In this document: in pieces, positions 9,462 to 19,900 of the stretch
Layout of the letters: each line of letters opens with the position of its first letter
Numbering within the stretch: position 1 is the stretch's first letter
Source of the DNA: Enterobacteria phage mEp043 c-1
Strand: one strand, 5' to 3'
Length of the DNA: 42,780 nt
Sequence record: NC_019706.1
The notes under the pieces: model-generated
Told to the model about the DNA's origin: nothing
The model's input: only the letters and a program-made list of their open reading frames with translations
Database searches by the model: none
Program-made: the position numbers and the translations under genes

Positions 9462-12400
9462 CGACCTGGTCATCAACCTTGATGTCGACAGTGCTACTTT
9501 TAGCGAGCAGGTTGCCCGTATAAAGGGGCAGCTAACCGGAATGGGGGACGAATCCGAAAAAGTCCGCACACGTATGCAGCAGGCCGCAGAATTGCAGGCC
9601 TCGGCGCTTGCTAAAGCAGCGGCAGGCAGCGGTGCGGCCATGTCGGATATGTTGGCTCAGCAGTCAACGGCTGCAGCTGGTCTTAGCGCTGACATGCAAA
9701 AAGTCGGCGAGTCCGTTGAACAAACCTACCAGCGAGTGGCTGGATTAAGTGAGCAACTCAGGGAGAACGCATCCCGGGCATCAGCGCTTGCGCAGCAACA
9801 GGATGCGCTGGCGGCGTCGTTCTATCGACAGATTGACGGCGTGAGGTCGCTGACCGGAGAAACGGACTCTCTGTCGTCGGTTCAGGAGCAATTCCGGAAG
9901 GCCCGTGCGCAGGGGAATATCACGCAGCAGGATTATCTTGCGCTGATATCCCAGACCACAGCCCGGCAAAAAGAACTACAACAGGCCGAAGAAAAAGCCA
10001 GTCAGGCTCGATCCCGGTTTCTTCAACAGCTCAAAACCCAGGTTGAAGAACAAAAATTATCCAGAACCGAATTACTGAATCTGAAGGCCGCGCAACTGGG
10101 TGTAAGTGAAGAAGCTGCACCACTTATTGCAAGACTTCAGGAACAGGAAAATGCATGGAGAAAAGGAACGCTCAGTGCCGGGCAGTATCGCCAGGCGATC
10201 CGTATGTTACCCGCTCAGTTTACGGATATTGCAACCTCGATAGCAGGTGGAATGCCGCTGTGGATGGTCCTGATGCAGCAGGGCGGGCAAATCAGCGATT
10301 CATTTGGTGGAGTCGGTAATCTTTTCCAGATTATCAAAGAAGAATTACTGGGGATTAAATCATCCGCAGATGAATCTGAGGAATCACTTTCTGAAAACGC
10401 CAATGCACTGGCGGAGAATGCAGAACACAGCAGAGGTTTTCTGAGGGCTCTGACTCCAGTACGTCTTGCTATGGGTGGACTTGTCGGGGGGCTGGCACTA
10501 TTGGCCTTTGCCTGGTACAAAGGCAGCAGTGAAGCATCTGAATTTAATAAACAGCTTATTCTGACGGGGAATTATGCCGGTAAGACAACCGGACAGCTGA
10601 GCGATTTAGCTCGCAAAATTTCAGAAACGGCAGGTGTCACCACCGGAAATGCAGCTGCCACTCTTGCGAAGGTTGTTGGTAGCGGGCAGTTCCGGGGAAA
10701 CCAGCTGGAATACATCACCACGGCGGCTGCAGCAATGGAGGACGCGGTCGGGCAGTCGGTTGATAAAACGCTCGCGAACTTTAAGAAATTATATGATTCG
10801 CCAACACAGGCGTCAGAAGAGCTTAACAGTCAGCTACATTACCTCTCGGCAGCTCAGTTCCAATATATTTCCGAGCTTGAGCGCAGGGGGGATAAAGAGG
10901 CGGCAGGAGAAAAGGCCGCGCAGGCTTACAGTGCTGCTGAGCAACAGCGAAGCCAGCAGATACTTGATAACCTGGGTTTGATAGATCGCTTTGTTCGTGG
11001 TGTAACGGATACCTGGGGTGCTTACTGGGATGCCGCCCTGGGTATTGGTCGCCAGCAAACGGCCAGCGATCAGCTGGAGTCTGTCAGGGCGCGGATAAAA
11101 ACACTGACGGATAACACCCGGCCGGGTGTTTTTGGAATGGGCAATACTGGTGATGGGGGGGCCGCAGAAAAAGAGTTGGCCTCATTACGTCAGAAGGAAA
11201 GTGAACTTACTTTTGTAATTCGTTCACAGGAGGGGTACAACCAGGCACAGGCCAAATCGCAGCAGTTGAATACTGAAGGAGTGAAAGCCCAGGGGATACT
11301 GAACAAGTTCCTGGACGCAGGCGCGAGCAAAGCACAGAAAAGGGCAGACGCGGAAAGGGAACTCAATAAAGCCATCACAACCAATGCTGAACTGGTCAAA
11401 AAAACGCAATTTCTTCCTGAGGGCCAGCGCGTTAAGCCTCTCAGTAAGGCAGAAATTGCTCAGGCCAGAAAGGGAATAGAGGAACTCTATAAAGATCCAA
11501 AAGTCCCTAAATCAAAAGGATATACCGCCCCTGCTGGTGACAAAGCCGAGGAAAAGGCGCAGGCCGAACTTCTCACCCTTCAGGCCCAGCTTAAAACGCT
11601 CGAGCAGCATATCAGCGTAAACGACGTTATCAGCAAACAGCGTCAGGATCTCTGGCAGACTGAAAATCAGTTCACCGTTCTGCAGGAGGCCGCGGGGCGT
11701 CGTCAGCTTACGGCGCAGGAAAAATCACTGCTGGCGCACAAGGAAGAAACGCTCGAGTACAAGCGGCAGCTGGCCGACCTGGGAGATAAGGTTGCTCAAC
11801 AGCAAAAGCTCAACCAACTGGCCGATCAGGCCGTGAAGTTTGAGCAGCAGCAAAAAGCCGCCAGGGCGGGCCTGCAGGCTCAGTCTGAGGGGGTATCCAC
11901 CCGGGAAGCAGGGCGACAAACTACGCTGCAGCGCCTCAGCGAAAGCTATTCGTACAACCCTCAGGCGCAGCAAAAGGTTCTCGAAGAGCAAAGGGCGACG
12001 TTCGAGGCTGAAGATGCCCTGCGTGCAAACTGGCTGGCCGGAGCGAAACAGGGCTGGGCCGAATATCAGGATTCAGCGACAAACGTTTTCAGCTCTGTTC
12101 AGCAGATTTCGCAGGCAACGTTCAGCGGGCTGGCGGGCCAGCTTACCAGCCTGACGACAACCGGGAAGGCGAGCTTCAGGGAATTCACCAGCTCGATCCT
12201 TAAAATGATTGTGTCCGTTATCAACCAGCTGCTGGTGGCTTACACCATCCAGAGTGCAATGGGCTGGGTTAGCGGCGGGGCGAAAACCTCCTCTGCCGGT
12301 CAGTCATTCGCGGTCCCGTCATACCGGCCACAGGGTTTTGACGTGGGCGGTTTTACCGGGCACGGCGGCAAGTACGAGCCAGCCGGTATCGTTCACCGCG

Positions 12401-12705
12401 GGGAATTCGTCTTCACCAAAGAATCAACCAGCCGCATCGGCGTGGCTAATCTCTATCGCCTGATGCGCGGGTATGCCTCGGGTGGTCTGGTCGGCGGCGG
12501 GAGCGCAGTCGGTGCTGGTATGGGGGGGATAAGTGTTTATGCCCCAGTCAGCATCAGCCAGCAGGGGGGAGACGGAAACATAAATCAGGCGAACGCCACG
12601 GGGACGGCGAAACAGCTGCAGGCGATTGTTCAGCAGACAATCACCGAGCGACTGAAAAAAGAAATGTCCGCAGGCGGCGTGCTTTATTCGAGGAGGACAC
12701 AGTGA
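9445..12705 (+). CDS. H: Tail tape measure protein H
   Basis: 1086-aa ORF, Ala/Gln-rich coiled-coil composition, located after G/T and before M. Confidence 0.9.
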   Translation: MAQQISDLVINLDVDSATFSEQVARIKGQLTGMGDESEKVRTRMQQAAELQASALAKAAAGSGAAMSDMLAQQSTAAAGLSADMQKVGESVEQTYQRVAGLSEQLRENASRASALAQQQDALAASFYRQIDGVRSLTGETDSLSSVQEQFRKARAQGNITQQDYLALISQTTARQKELQQAEEKASQARSRFLQQLKTQVEEQKLSRTELLNLKAAQLGVSEEAAPLIARLQEQENAWRKGTLSAGQYRQAIRMLPAQFTDIATSIAGGMPLWMVLMQQGGQISDSFGGVGNLFQIIKEELLGIKSSADESEESLSENANALAENAEHSRGFLRALTPVRLAMGGLVGGLALLAFAWYKGSSEASEFNKQLILTGNYAGKTTGQLSDLARKISETAGVTTGNAAATLAKVVGSGQFRGNQLEYITTAAAAMEDAVGQSVDKTLANFKKLYDSPTQASEELNSQLHYLSAAQFQYISELERRGDKEAAGEKAAQAYSAAEQQRSQQILDNLGLIDRFVRGVTDTWGAYWDAALGIGRQQTASDQLESVRARIKTLTDNTRPGVFGMGNTGDGGAAEKELASLRQKESELTFVIRSQEGYNQAQAKSQQLNTEGVKAQGILNKFLDAGASKAQKRADAERELNKAITTNAELVKKTQFLPEGQRVKPLSKAEIAQARKGIEELYKDPKVPKSKGYTAPAGDKAEEKAQAELLTLQAQLKTLEQHISVNDVISKQRQDLWQTENQFTVLQEAAGRRQLTAQEKSLLAHKEETLEYKRQLADLGDKVAQQQKLNQLADQAVKFEQQQKAARAGLQAQSEGVSTREAGRQTTLQRLSESYSYNPQAQQKVLEEQRATFEAEDALRANWLAGAKQGWAEYQDSATNVFSSVQQISQATFSGLAGQLTSLTTTGKASFREFTSSILKMIVSVINQLLVAYTIQSAMGWVSGGAKTSSAGQSFAVPSYRPQGFDVGGFTGHGGKYEPAGIVHRGEFVFTKESTSRIGVANLYRLMRGYASGGLVGGGSAVGAGMGGISVYAPVSISQQGGDGNINQANATGTAKQLQAIVQQTITERLKKEMSAGGVLYSRRTQ

Positions 12706-13040
12706 CGGACACATTTACCTGGCGCACGCGCAAAACCGCGCAGGGCACTGAAACAGCCCGAACGCTGCAGGCCCAGTTCGGGGATGGCTACAAACAGATA
12801 GCAGGGATGGGAATCAACGACAAACAGGAAACGTGGAATCTGGACTGGACTGGAACCAGACAGGAGGCGGCTGCGCTGCGTGCTTTTCTGATGTCTCACG
12901 TTACTAAATCGTTCTGGTGGACCACGCCATGGGGTGAAAAAAAGTTGTTCAGAATGAAGGCCGATTCGTTCAGCGTTTCTTTCCCTACCGGGAAAAAAGC
13001 CACTGTGGCCTTCACTTTTGAACAGGCGTTCGCGCCCTGA
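12702..13040 (+). CDS. M: Minor tail protein M
   Basis: 112 aa; overlaps the H stop (start codon GTG at 12702); resembles recalled lambda gpM. Confidence 0.85.
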   Translation: MTDTFTWRTRKTAQGTETARTLQAQFGDGYKQIAGMGINDKQETWNLDWTGTRQEAAALRAFLMSHVTKSFWWTTPWGEKKLFRMKADSFSVSFPTGKKATVAFTFEQAFAP

Positions 13041-13056
13041 TTTTCTCGACAAACAC

Positions 13057-13086
13057 TGAAAGCTGCCTCCGGGCGGCTTTTTTTTA
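13057..13086 (+). terminator. Possible weak terminator or pause site between M and L
   Basis: Short GC stem (GCC...GGC) followed by 8 consecutive T (13078-13085); stem is weak. Confidence 0.3.
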
Positions 13087-13096
13087 TGGGGGGAGT

Positions 13097-13834
13097 ATGA
13101 GTTTTACGGCAGACATACAACAGCTTGAGCCCGGCAGCGTTATTCAGCTGATTGAGATCGACGGCACTGAATTCGGTATGGATCAGGTGCTGCGTTTTCA
13201 TGCGCACAATATTCAGGAAGAGGGGTGGGCAGCCTTCGCCGCAGAAAATCTGCCCGCCATTATCTGGCAGGGAAACCAGTACGATCCCCATCCCTACGAA
13301 CTTAAGGGGATGGAGTTATCGAGTACAGGTTCCCAGCCAACGCCCACGCTGTCCGTCGGGAACGTCGGAAACTATGTCACCGCGCTGTGTCTTGAATATG
13401 ACGATATGGTCAGGGCTAAGGTCAAAATCCACACCACGCTTTCGAAGTATCTCGATGCCGCCAACTGGAAAAACGGTAACCCGGGTGCCAGCCCGGCCGA
13501 TGAGCGCGTACAGCTCTTTTACGTCAATGCTAAAACCGCAGAGACGCGGGTACAGGTTGATTTCGAGCTGTGTTCTCCTTTCGATATTCAGAGCCTGCAG
13601 CTGCCGACACGGCAGATTACGCCTGTCTGCACCTGGTGTATGCGGGGCTGGTACCGAAGCGGGACCGGATGCGATTACAACGGCACGAAATACTTTACCA
13701 AAGACGGTACACCGACCGATGACCCGTCGAAAGATGTATGTGGCGGCCGCCGGCAGGATTGTCAGGATCGTCACGGCCCGGACGCGCCGCTGCCGTTCGG
13801 CGGTTTTCCGGCTGCAAACCTGCAGGGGAAATAA
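13097..13834 (+). CDS. L: Minor tail protein L (Cys-rich, putative Fe-S)
   Basis: 245 aa; RBS GGGGGGAG; resembles recalled lambda gpL, with a C-terminal cysteine cluster. Confidence 0.9.
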   Translation: MSFTADIQQLEPGSVIQLIEIDGTEFGMDQVLRFHAHNIQEEGWAAFAAENLPAIIWQGNQYDPHPYELKGMELSSTGSQPTPTLSVGNVGNYVTALCLEYDDMVRAKVKIHTTLSKYLDAANWKNGNPGASPADERVQLFYVNAKTAETRVQVDFELCSPFDIQSLQLPTRQITPVCTWCMRGWYRSGTGCDYNGTKYFTKDGTPTDDPSKDVCGGRRQDCQDRHGPDAPLPFGGFPAANLQGK

Positions 13835-13835
13835 A

Positions 13836-14555
13836 ATGCGTGAAAAATTGCTGGATGCTATCCGTCAGCACGTCGCTGCTGAATACCCCAAAGAAGCCTG
13901 CGGCCTGATTGTTCAGTCAGGCCAGCAACAAATCTTTATTCCCTGCCGCAACATTGCCGATAAGCCCGAGGAGACATTCACGCTCTCCCCGGAAGACCAG
14001 CTCGCTGCCCGCGCGCGCGGTGAGATCATCATGCTCATTCATTCCCATCCGGATGTGGTTCGGCTGGTGCCATCGGAGCTGGACCGGATCCAGTGCGACT
14101 GGTCGGGGATTGAGTGGGGGATCATGTCCTGGCCGGACGGGGATTTTTGTACGATTTCCCCGCGTGAAGACCGGGATTATGCCGGGCGGCAGTGGGTGCT
14201 GGGTTACGCCGACTGCTGGTCGCTTATCCGTGAATTTTATCTGCGCGAATACGGCATTGTTCTCGGCAATTATTCAGTACCTTACGAATGGTGGGAAAGC
14301 GGCGAGGAGCGGCTCTACGACGACAACTGGGAGCGTGAGGGATTTGTTGAGGTTGCCGCTGGTGCAATGCAGCCAGGGGACATCATCATGATGAGTGTGC
14401 AGGCATCGGTGACTAATCACGCCGCGGTATATGTGGGTGACAACATCATTCTCCATCATCTTTTCGGGCACCTTTCTTCGCGAACGCCTTATGGAAAATA
14501 TTATCGCGACAGAACGGTCCGGGTGGTCAGGCATAAGGACAGAATGCATGGTTAA
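13836..14555 (+). CDS. K: Tail tip assembly protein K (JAB/MPN plus NlpC/P60-like)
   Basis: ATG at 13836 just after the L stop; HSHP motif (JAB-type) and Cys/His residues typical of gpK. The track ORF 13152-14555 is an out-of-frame-overlap extension through L. Confidence 0.85.
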   Translation: MREKLLDAIRQHVAAEYPKEACGLIVQSGQQQIFIPCRNIADKPEETFTLSPEDQLAARARGEIIMLIHSHPDVVRLVPSELDRIQCDWSGIEWGIMSWPDGDFCTISPREDRDYAGRQWVLGYADCWSLIREFYLREYGIVLGNYSVPYEWWESGEERLYDDNWEREGFVEVAAGAMQPGDIIMMSVQASVTNHAAVYVGDNIILHHLFGHLSSRTPYGKYYRDRTVRVVRHKDRMHG

Positions 14556-15165
14556 GACGCTAATTCTCGAAGGGAAAATGGCTAAAAAATTCGGTAAACG
14601 CGTTCAGTTTGATGTTGCCGATCTGCGCGAAATGCTCAGGGCCATGTGTTCACAGGTTCCCGGATTCAAAAAATATATGTCGGAAGCTCATATGAAGGGG
14701 ATCCGTTTCGCCTTTTTTAACGGTGACAACAATATCGGGCTGGAAGAGTTTGATATGACCCGCGGTGGAAGCGTGTACCGGATCGTGCCCGTTTATGAGG
14801 GGGCCAAAAATTCAGGCGTCCTGCAGATAGTTGTCGGGGCTGTTGCGCTGGTCGCTGCATTCTTTACCGCTGGTGCGAGCATGGCAGCCTGGGGCGCGGC
14901 GATGAGTGCAACAGCTATCAGCGCCACGTCAATTCTGACAGGGGTCGGAGTGTCGATGATGCTGGGGGGCGTTGTCCAGATGCTCACGCCCCAGCCATCC
15001 TTCGGCGCGGGTAAATCCTCCAGCACGGACAACACGCCTAACTACGCCTTCGGGGCGCCGGTCAATACCGTCGCTATGGGGCATCCTGTCCCCCTGGCCT
15101 ACGGTCTGACTGAGGCAGGGGGAGCGATAGTCAGCGCCGGTATGTACTCGAGCGATCAGCAGTAG
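14548..15165 (+). CDS. I: Tail assembly protein I
   Basis: ATG at 14548 overlapping the K stop; hydrophobic Gly/Ala-rich C-terminal half typical of gpI. Confidence 0.85.
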   Translation: MVKTLILEGKMAKKFGKRVQFDVADLREMLRAMCSQVPGFKKYMSEAHMKGIRFAFFNGDNNIGLEEFDMTRGGSVYRIVPVYEGAKNSGVLQIVVGAVALVAAFFTAGASMAAWGAAMSATAISATSILTGVGVSMMLGGVVQMLTPQPSFGAGKSSSTDNTPNYAFGAPVNTVAMGHPVPLAYGLTEAGGAIVSAGMYSSDQQ

Positions 15166-15206
15166 GCCTGTGGCCACTAACTTAAAGGTGCTTCGGCACT
15201 TTTTTT

Positions 15207-18200
15207 ATGGGTGAAAAAATGCAGCTTCTTAAACAAGAAACCATCCTGCAGGGTGCCAAAGGGGGAGGTGGCAGTTCACATACTCCTGTTGAGCAGCCTG
15301 ACGATCTGTTGTCGGTCGCAAAATTAAAAATGCTCATTGCCGTTTCTGAGGGGGAAATACAGGGCGACCTGACCGCTCAGAATATTTTTCTCAACGATAC
15401 GCCGCTGGCAAACGACAGCGGGGAATACAACTTCAGCGGCGTGAAATGGGAGTTCCGCAAGGGCACACAGGACCAGACCTATATTGCCGGGATGCCCCAG
15501 GTCGACAACGAGCTGGCCGTGGGCACAACTGTCACCACCACCGCGCCCTGGACGCGCCAGTTTACAAACCTTTCCCTGGATGCCATCCGTATCAAGCTCA
15601 GCCTTCCGGTCCAGTATCTCTATAAAGATAATGGCGATATGGTGGGCACGGTCACCGAGTATGCGATCGATTTATCAACGGACGGCGGCGCCTGGAAAAC
15701 GGTTGTAAACGGCAAGTTTGACGGAAAGACCAAGACGGAATATCAGCGTGACCACCGTATCGATCTGCCAAAATCCACGTCCGGCTGGTCTGTCAGGGTC
15801 AGGCGTATTACGGCTGATGCCAGCGGATCAAATTCGAAACTGGTTAACGCCTTCAAGGTGTTTTCGTATGCGGAAGTCATCGACAGCAAGCTTCGTTATC
15901 CTTTAACAGCGCTCCTGTATGTCGAAGTGGACAGCAGCCAATTCAACGGCAGCGCGCCGAAAGTGACCTGTAAGATAAAAGGCAAGCTGATTAAGGTTCC
16001 GGATAATTACGATCCGAAAACCCGAACCTATTCTGGTTCATGGTCCGGCGGGTTCAAAATGGCATGGTCCAATAACCCTGCCTGGATCTTTTACGATCTG
16101 GTTCTGGATGAAATTTACGGCATGGGCACGCGCGTGGATGCGTCCATGGTGGATAAGTGGGCGCTGTATTCAATCGCCCAGTACTGTGACGAAATGGTTT
16201 CCGACGGGGCCGGTGGCACCGAACCGCGTTTCACCTGCAACGTTTTCATTCAGAGCCAGGAGGACGCCTGGCAGGTACTTAACGATCTCGCCGCGGTATT
16301 TCGTGGAATAACGTTCTGGGGCAACGATCAGATTTATGTCCAGGCAGACGTCCCGCAGGACGATGTTGACTGGGTTTATAACGTCTCAAACGTTATCGAT
16401 GGGCTGTTTACTTATGCGGGCGGCTCATACAAGAATCGCTACAGCTCCTGCCTGGTGTCCTGGTCCGATCCGCAGAATCATTACAGCGATACCGTTGAGG
16501 GGGTCTACGATTCGGCGCTGGTAGAGCGTTACGACGTCCGGCAGACGTCCCTGACCGCAATCGGCTGCACCTCGCAAAGTGAAGCGCACCGGCGCGGTCG
16601 CTGGGTATTACTCTCCAATGCCAAAGACGGCACCGTATCGTTTGGCGTGGGGTTGGACGGTTATATCCCTTTGCCCGCTGAAATTATCGGTGTCGCCGAT
16701 CCTTTCCGTTCTGGTAAGGAGAACGGGGGCCGCATAAGCGCGGTCAACGGCCGCCAGATTACCCTTGATCGAGAAATAGACTACGCGGCGAAAGACCGGC
16801 TGGTGGTTAACCTTCCCGACGGAAAAGCCCAGACGCGGACAATCAGCGCGGTGAGCGCCGATAAAAAAACGGTGACGGTGGCTACGGCATTCAGTCAGGT
16901 TCCTGTGGCTGGCGCTGTCTGGGCGATAGACAGTGATAACCTCGCAATACAGTACTTCAGGGTCACCTCAATCGCGGCTAACGACGACAGCACAGGCGGT
17001 TTCACTATTACGGCCGTTCAGCACGATCCAAACAAATATCGTTACATCGATGACGGCGTTCGGGTCGAGTCTCCCCCGATCACCGTCACGCCGATAAGCG
17101 TCCTGTCTGCTCCGAAGAATATCGTGGTGACTGAGAGCGATCATGTGTCTCAGGGGCTGACTGTAGCAAGCCTGGACGTGTCATGGGATAAGGTAGAGGG
17201 CGCAATCCGGTATGTTGCCCAGTGGCGTAAGGACAACGGGGACTGGATAAACGTTCCGGTTACCAGCGCGCAGGGTTTCTCGGTTCAGGGCATTTATTCG
17301 GGCAGCTATGACGTGCGCGTACGGGCACTGAATGCGCAGGATACGTCGTCACCATGGGGATACGGTGAAACAACTTATCTCTCCGGTAAAACGGGAAAAC
17401 CGGGTACTCCGCTCAACTTCCTGGCGACCGAAGATGTGGTCTGGCATATCGACCTGACATGGAAATTTCCGGATGGCTCAGGCGACACGGCCTATACAGA
17501 GATTCAGCGCGCCACAACTGCCGACTACGCCAATCCTGAACTGCTGGTCCTGGTGCCGTACCCGGCTGCAGATTATCAGCATGGCCCCATGCCTGCCGGC
17601 GTTCGCCAGTGGTACCGCGCGCGCCTGATTGACCGTATCGGTAACGCCGGGGACTGGACCGACTGGATCATGGGCACGTCCTCGATAGATGTCAGCGAAA
17701 TAACCAATGACATTCTGGAGGATATGAAAGAGTCGGAAACGTTCAAAGACCTGATCGAGAACGCGGTGGACAGCAACGAAAAAATTGCTGGCATGGCTAA
17801 CGATATCAAACAGGCTAACGACGAACTGGAGCAGCAAGCGAAAGATATCGCCAAAAATGCCCAGGACGTAGGGAAGGTTCAGACCAGCGTTAATGAGCTT
17901 TCCAGCACGGTCGGGAATGTTTCGTCTTCACTCAGTCAGCTTGAGCAGACCGTTGCGACGGCTGATACCGCCCTGGGCCAGCGAATCGACAACATCAGCG
18001 TTTCTATGGACGGCATGACGGGCGGGGTGAAGAACTCTGCAATTGCGATAATCCAGGCCAACCTCGCTCAGGTGGCCACGCGTAAAACCCTTTCTGCATC
18101 GGTCGCCGGCAACAGCGCGAATCTGGACCGTATTGATGAGGTGATTGTCAACGACAGGGAGGCAACGGCGCGCTCGCTGCTGAGCCTGCAGACGGACGTT

Positions 18201-18887
18201 AACGGCAACAAGGCATCCATAAACAGCCTGAATCAGACGTTCTCCGACTATCAGCAGGCAACGGCGCGCTCGCTGCTGAGCCTGCAGACGGACGTTAACG
18301 GCAACAAGGCATCCATAAACAGCCTGAATCAGACGTTCTCCGACTATCAGCAGGCAACGGCCACGCAGATAAACGGCATCACGGCGACCGTGAACGGGCA
18401 TACCTCAGCCATCACCACTAATGCTCAGGCGATAGCCAACGTTAATGGCGACCTCAGCGCGATGTATAACATCAAGGTTGGCGTAACCAGTAACGGGCAG
18501 TATTACGCTGCCGGGATGGGGATTGGGGTTCAGAATACACCCTCCGGCATGCAGTCACAGGTAATATTCCTGGCCGACCGATTTGCTGTTACCACTGCTG
18601 CCGGAAACAGCGTGGCGTTACCATTTGTGATCCAGAATGGTCAGACGTTCATCAGGGCCAGCTTCATTCAGGACGGTACCATTGAGAACGCCAAAATCGG
18701 TAACTATATCCAGTCGAATAACTATGTGGCTGGCTCTGCAGGCTGGAAACTTGATAAGGGGGGCACCTGGGAAAACTGCGGCAGCGACGGTCAGGGAGCA
18801 AGAAAATCCACCAATGTCACTGACAGTATCAGGGATTCAAATGGCGTGCTCCGCGTGCAAATCGGCAAACTTACAGGGGTGTTTTGA
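15207..18887 (+). CDS. J: Tail tip / host specificity protein J
   Basis: 1226-aa ORF; N-terminal and central regions resemble recalled lambda gpJ; C-terminal region divergent. Confidence 0.9.
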   Translation: MGEKMQLLKQETILQGAKGGGGSSHTPVEQPDDLLSVAKLKMLIAVSEGEIQGDLTAQNIFLNDTPLANDSGEYNFSGVKWEFRKGTQDQTYIAGMPQVDNELAVGTTVTTTAPWTRQFTNLSLDAIRIKLSLPVQYLYKDNGDMVGTVTEYAIDLSTDGGAWKTVVNGKFDGKTKTEYQRDHRIDLPKSTSGWSVRVRRITADASGSNSKLVNAFKVFSYAEVIDSKLRYPLTALLYVEVDSSQFNGSAPKVTCKIKGKLIKVPDNYDPKTRTYSGSWSGGFKMAWSNNPAWIFYDLVLDEIYGMGTRVDASMVDKWALYSIAQYCDEMVSDGAGGTEPRFTCNVFIQSQEDAWQVLNDLAAVFRGITFWGNDQIYVQADVPQDDVDWVYNVSNVIDGLFTYAGGSYKNRYSSCLVSWSDPQNHYSDTVEGVYDSALVERYDVRQTSLTAIGCTSQSEAHRRGRWVLLSNAKDGTVSFGVGLDGYIPLPAEIIGVADPFRSGKENGGRISAVNGRQITLDREIDYAAKDRLVVNLPDGKAQTRTISAVSADKKTVTVATAFSQVPVAGAVWAIDSDNLAIQYFRVTSIAANDDSTGGFTITAVQHDPNKYRYIDDGVRVESPPITVTPISVLSAPKNIVVTESDHVSQGLTVASLDVSWDKVEGAIRYVAQWRKDNGDWINVPVTSAQGFSVQGIYSGSYDVRVRALNAQDTSSPWGYGETTYLSGKTGKPGTPLNFLATEDVVWHIDLTWKFPDGSGDTAYTEIQRATTADYANPELLVLVPYPAADYQHGPMPAGVRQWYRARLIDRIGNAGDWTDWIMGTSSIDVSEITNDILEDMKESETFKDLIENAVDSNEKIAGMANDIKQANDELEQQAKDIAKNAQDVGKVQTSVNELSSTVGNVSSSLSQLEQTVATADTALGQRIDNISVSMDGMTGGVKNSAIAIIQANLAQVATRKTLSASVAGNSANLDRIDEVIVNDREATARSLLSLQTDVNGNKASINSLNQTFSDYQQATARSLLSLQTDVNGNKASINSLNQTFSDYQQATATQINGITATVNGHTSAITTNAQAIANVNGDLSAMYNIKVGVTSNGQYYAAGMGIGVQNTPSGMQSQVIFLADRFAVTTAAGNSVALPFVIQNGQTFIRASFIQDGTIENAKIGNYIQSNNYVAGSAGWKLDKGGTWENCGSDGQGARKSTNVTDSIRDSNGVLRVQIGKLTGVF
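18162..18353 (+). repeat. Perfect in-frame 96-bp tandem duplication (2 copies) within J
   Basis: 18162-18257 and 18258-18353 are identical, encoding ATARSLLSLQTDVNGNKASINSLNQTFSDYQQ twice; the next 8 nt also match before divergence. Confidence 0.95.
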
Positions 18888-19189
18888 TGTCATGGGGTAT
18901 ACAAACATGGGATGCGTCGGGTAAACCCAACAACTACGGTATCAAGCCAGTTTCAGTTGTTGGGCGTATACAGCTGGCTGCCGGACAAAACTCCGGCAGT
19001 TGGTCTTTCGCGATGCCCTCAGGAATGAAGGTCGGCTTTGTGCTCTCACTTGATGAAGGTGGAAACAGCGTAGGGAGGCGCATTGTCGCGTCAGGGAACA
19101 CAATAACCGTAACCGCTGCCTCTTCTGTAGGCCTAGGTAATTACCCGGCCTCTAAGTGTGAGGTGATCGTTTTCATGGAGAAAGTATAG
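18887..19189 (+). CDS. Hypothetical protein downstream of J
   Basis: 100 aa; ATG overlaps the J stop (TGATG); contains a WDASGK motif shared with the next ORF. Confidence 0.5.
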   Translation: MSWGIQTWDASGKPNNYGIKPVSVVGRIQLAAGQNSGSWSFAMPSGMKVGFVLSLDEGGNSVGRRIVASGNTITVTAASSVGLGNYPASKCEVIVFMEKV

Positions 19190-19863
19190 TGTCTGACTTT
19201 GGCGCAATGATATTAATGGAGAACGGCAATCCCTTTGTTACACCACAATCAACGCCTTTCTGCCTCTACGGAAAATACTCCTTCAATTCCTCAGCTAATG
19301 GCAGCTCTCAGCAGGTGGCGCAATATCTTTCGGTTCCTGACGATTATCCGGCAATGGTCTTCATAAAAACGACTAATACTGCGCAGCCGACCCCGGTCAT
19401 TTCATATCGGATTGGAGGAAATGTCTATATTAGTGGCGTAAATCCCTATAACCAGGGCTTTACGCTGACAGCATATGTATTTGCAATTTTTCCGCAAACA
19501 CTTCCCGCGTGGGGATTTGCTATCTGGGATGCCTCCGGGAAGCTTGTTCTGACGAACGAATCAAGGGTGCTTTCTGATCTGCAAACAGTGGGCACGCCAG
19601 GTGCAAGCGGCGGGATTAATATTGACCAGACGCTGAGCGGGTCATGGGCTGTTGCGCCTGCTCAGTTGGGTCAGACCATCATTGTGAATAATTCAACCAA
19701 GCCTCCGACTATCTACACGATAAATGCTTATTCTTCATGCAGGTTTGACGGGGCCAATACGAGGATAAACGCAGGGGGGACCTCCACTGGGGCAGGTTCA
19801 CCTGGAGGGGGAACGAATACTGGCATTTCATTAACCGCCATAAATACAGCGGCCTATGATTGA
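19189..19863 (+). CDS. Hypothetical protein (tail-associated?)
   Basis: 224 aa; GTG start overlapping the upstream stop, GGAG RBS at 19177-19180; internal WDASGK motif; Gly/Thr-rich C-terminus. Confidence 0.5.
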   Translation: MSDFGAMILMENGNPFVTPQSTPFCLYGKYSFNSSANGSSQQVAQYLSVPDDYPAMVFIKTTNTAQPTPVISYRIGGNVYISGVNPYNQGFTLTAYVFAIFPQTLPAWGFAIWDASGKLVLTNESRVLSDLQTVGTPGASGGINIDQTLSGSWAVAPAQLGQTIIVNNSTKPPTIYTINAYSSCRFDGANTRINAGGTSTGAGSPGGGTNTGISLTAINTAAYD

Positions 19864-19900
19864 TTGATCGTTTTTAGCGATCAATAACATAATATTGATC
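19864..19900. promoter_or_regulatory. GATC-dense inverted repeat upstream of the lipoprotein gene
   Basis: TTGATCG-TTTTTAG-CGATCAA inverted repeat (19864-19884) plus a third GATC at 19897-19900; three Dam sites in 37 bp of AT-rich intergenic DNA. Confidence 0.3.

Noticed and set aside
13152-13835. Long 5' extension of the K ORF (track ORF 13152-14555)
   Set aside because: It overlaps gene L in a different frame; the K homology begins at ATG 13836 right after the L stop.
15181-15206. Short GTGC-TTCG-GCAC hairpin with T7 run between I and J
   Set aside because: Only a 4-bp stem; the T-run overlaps the J start region; more likely a chance feature than an operon-internal terminator.
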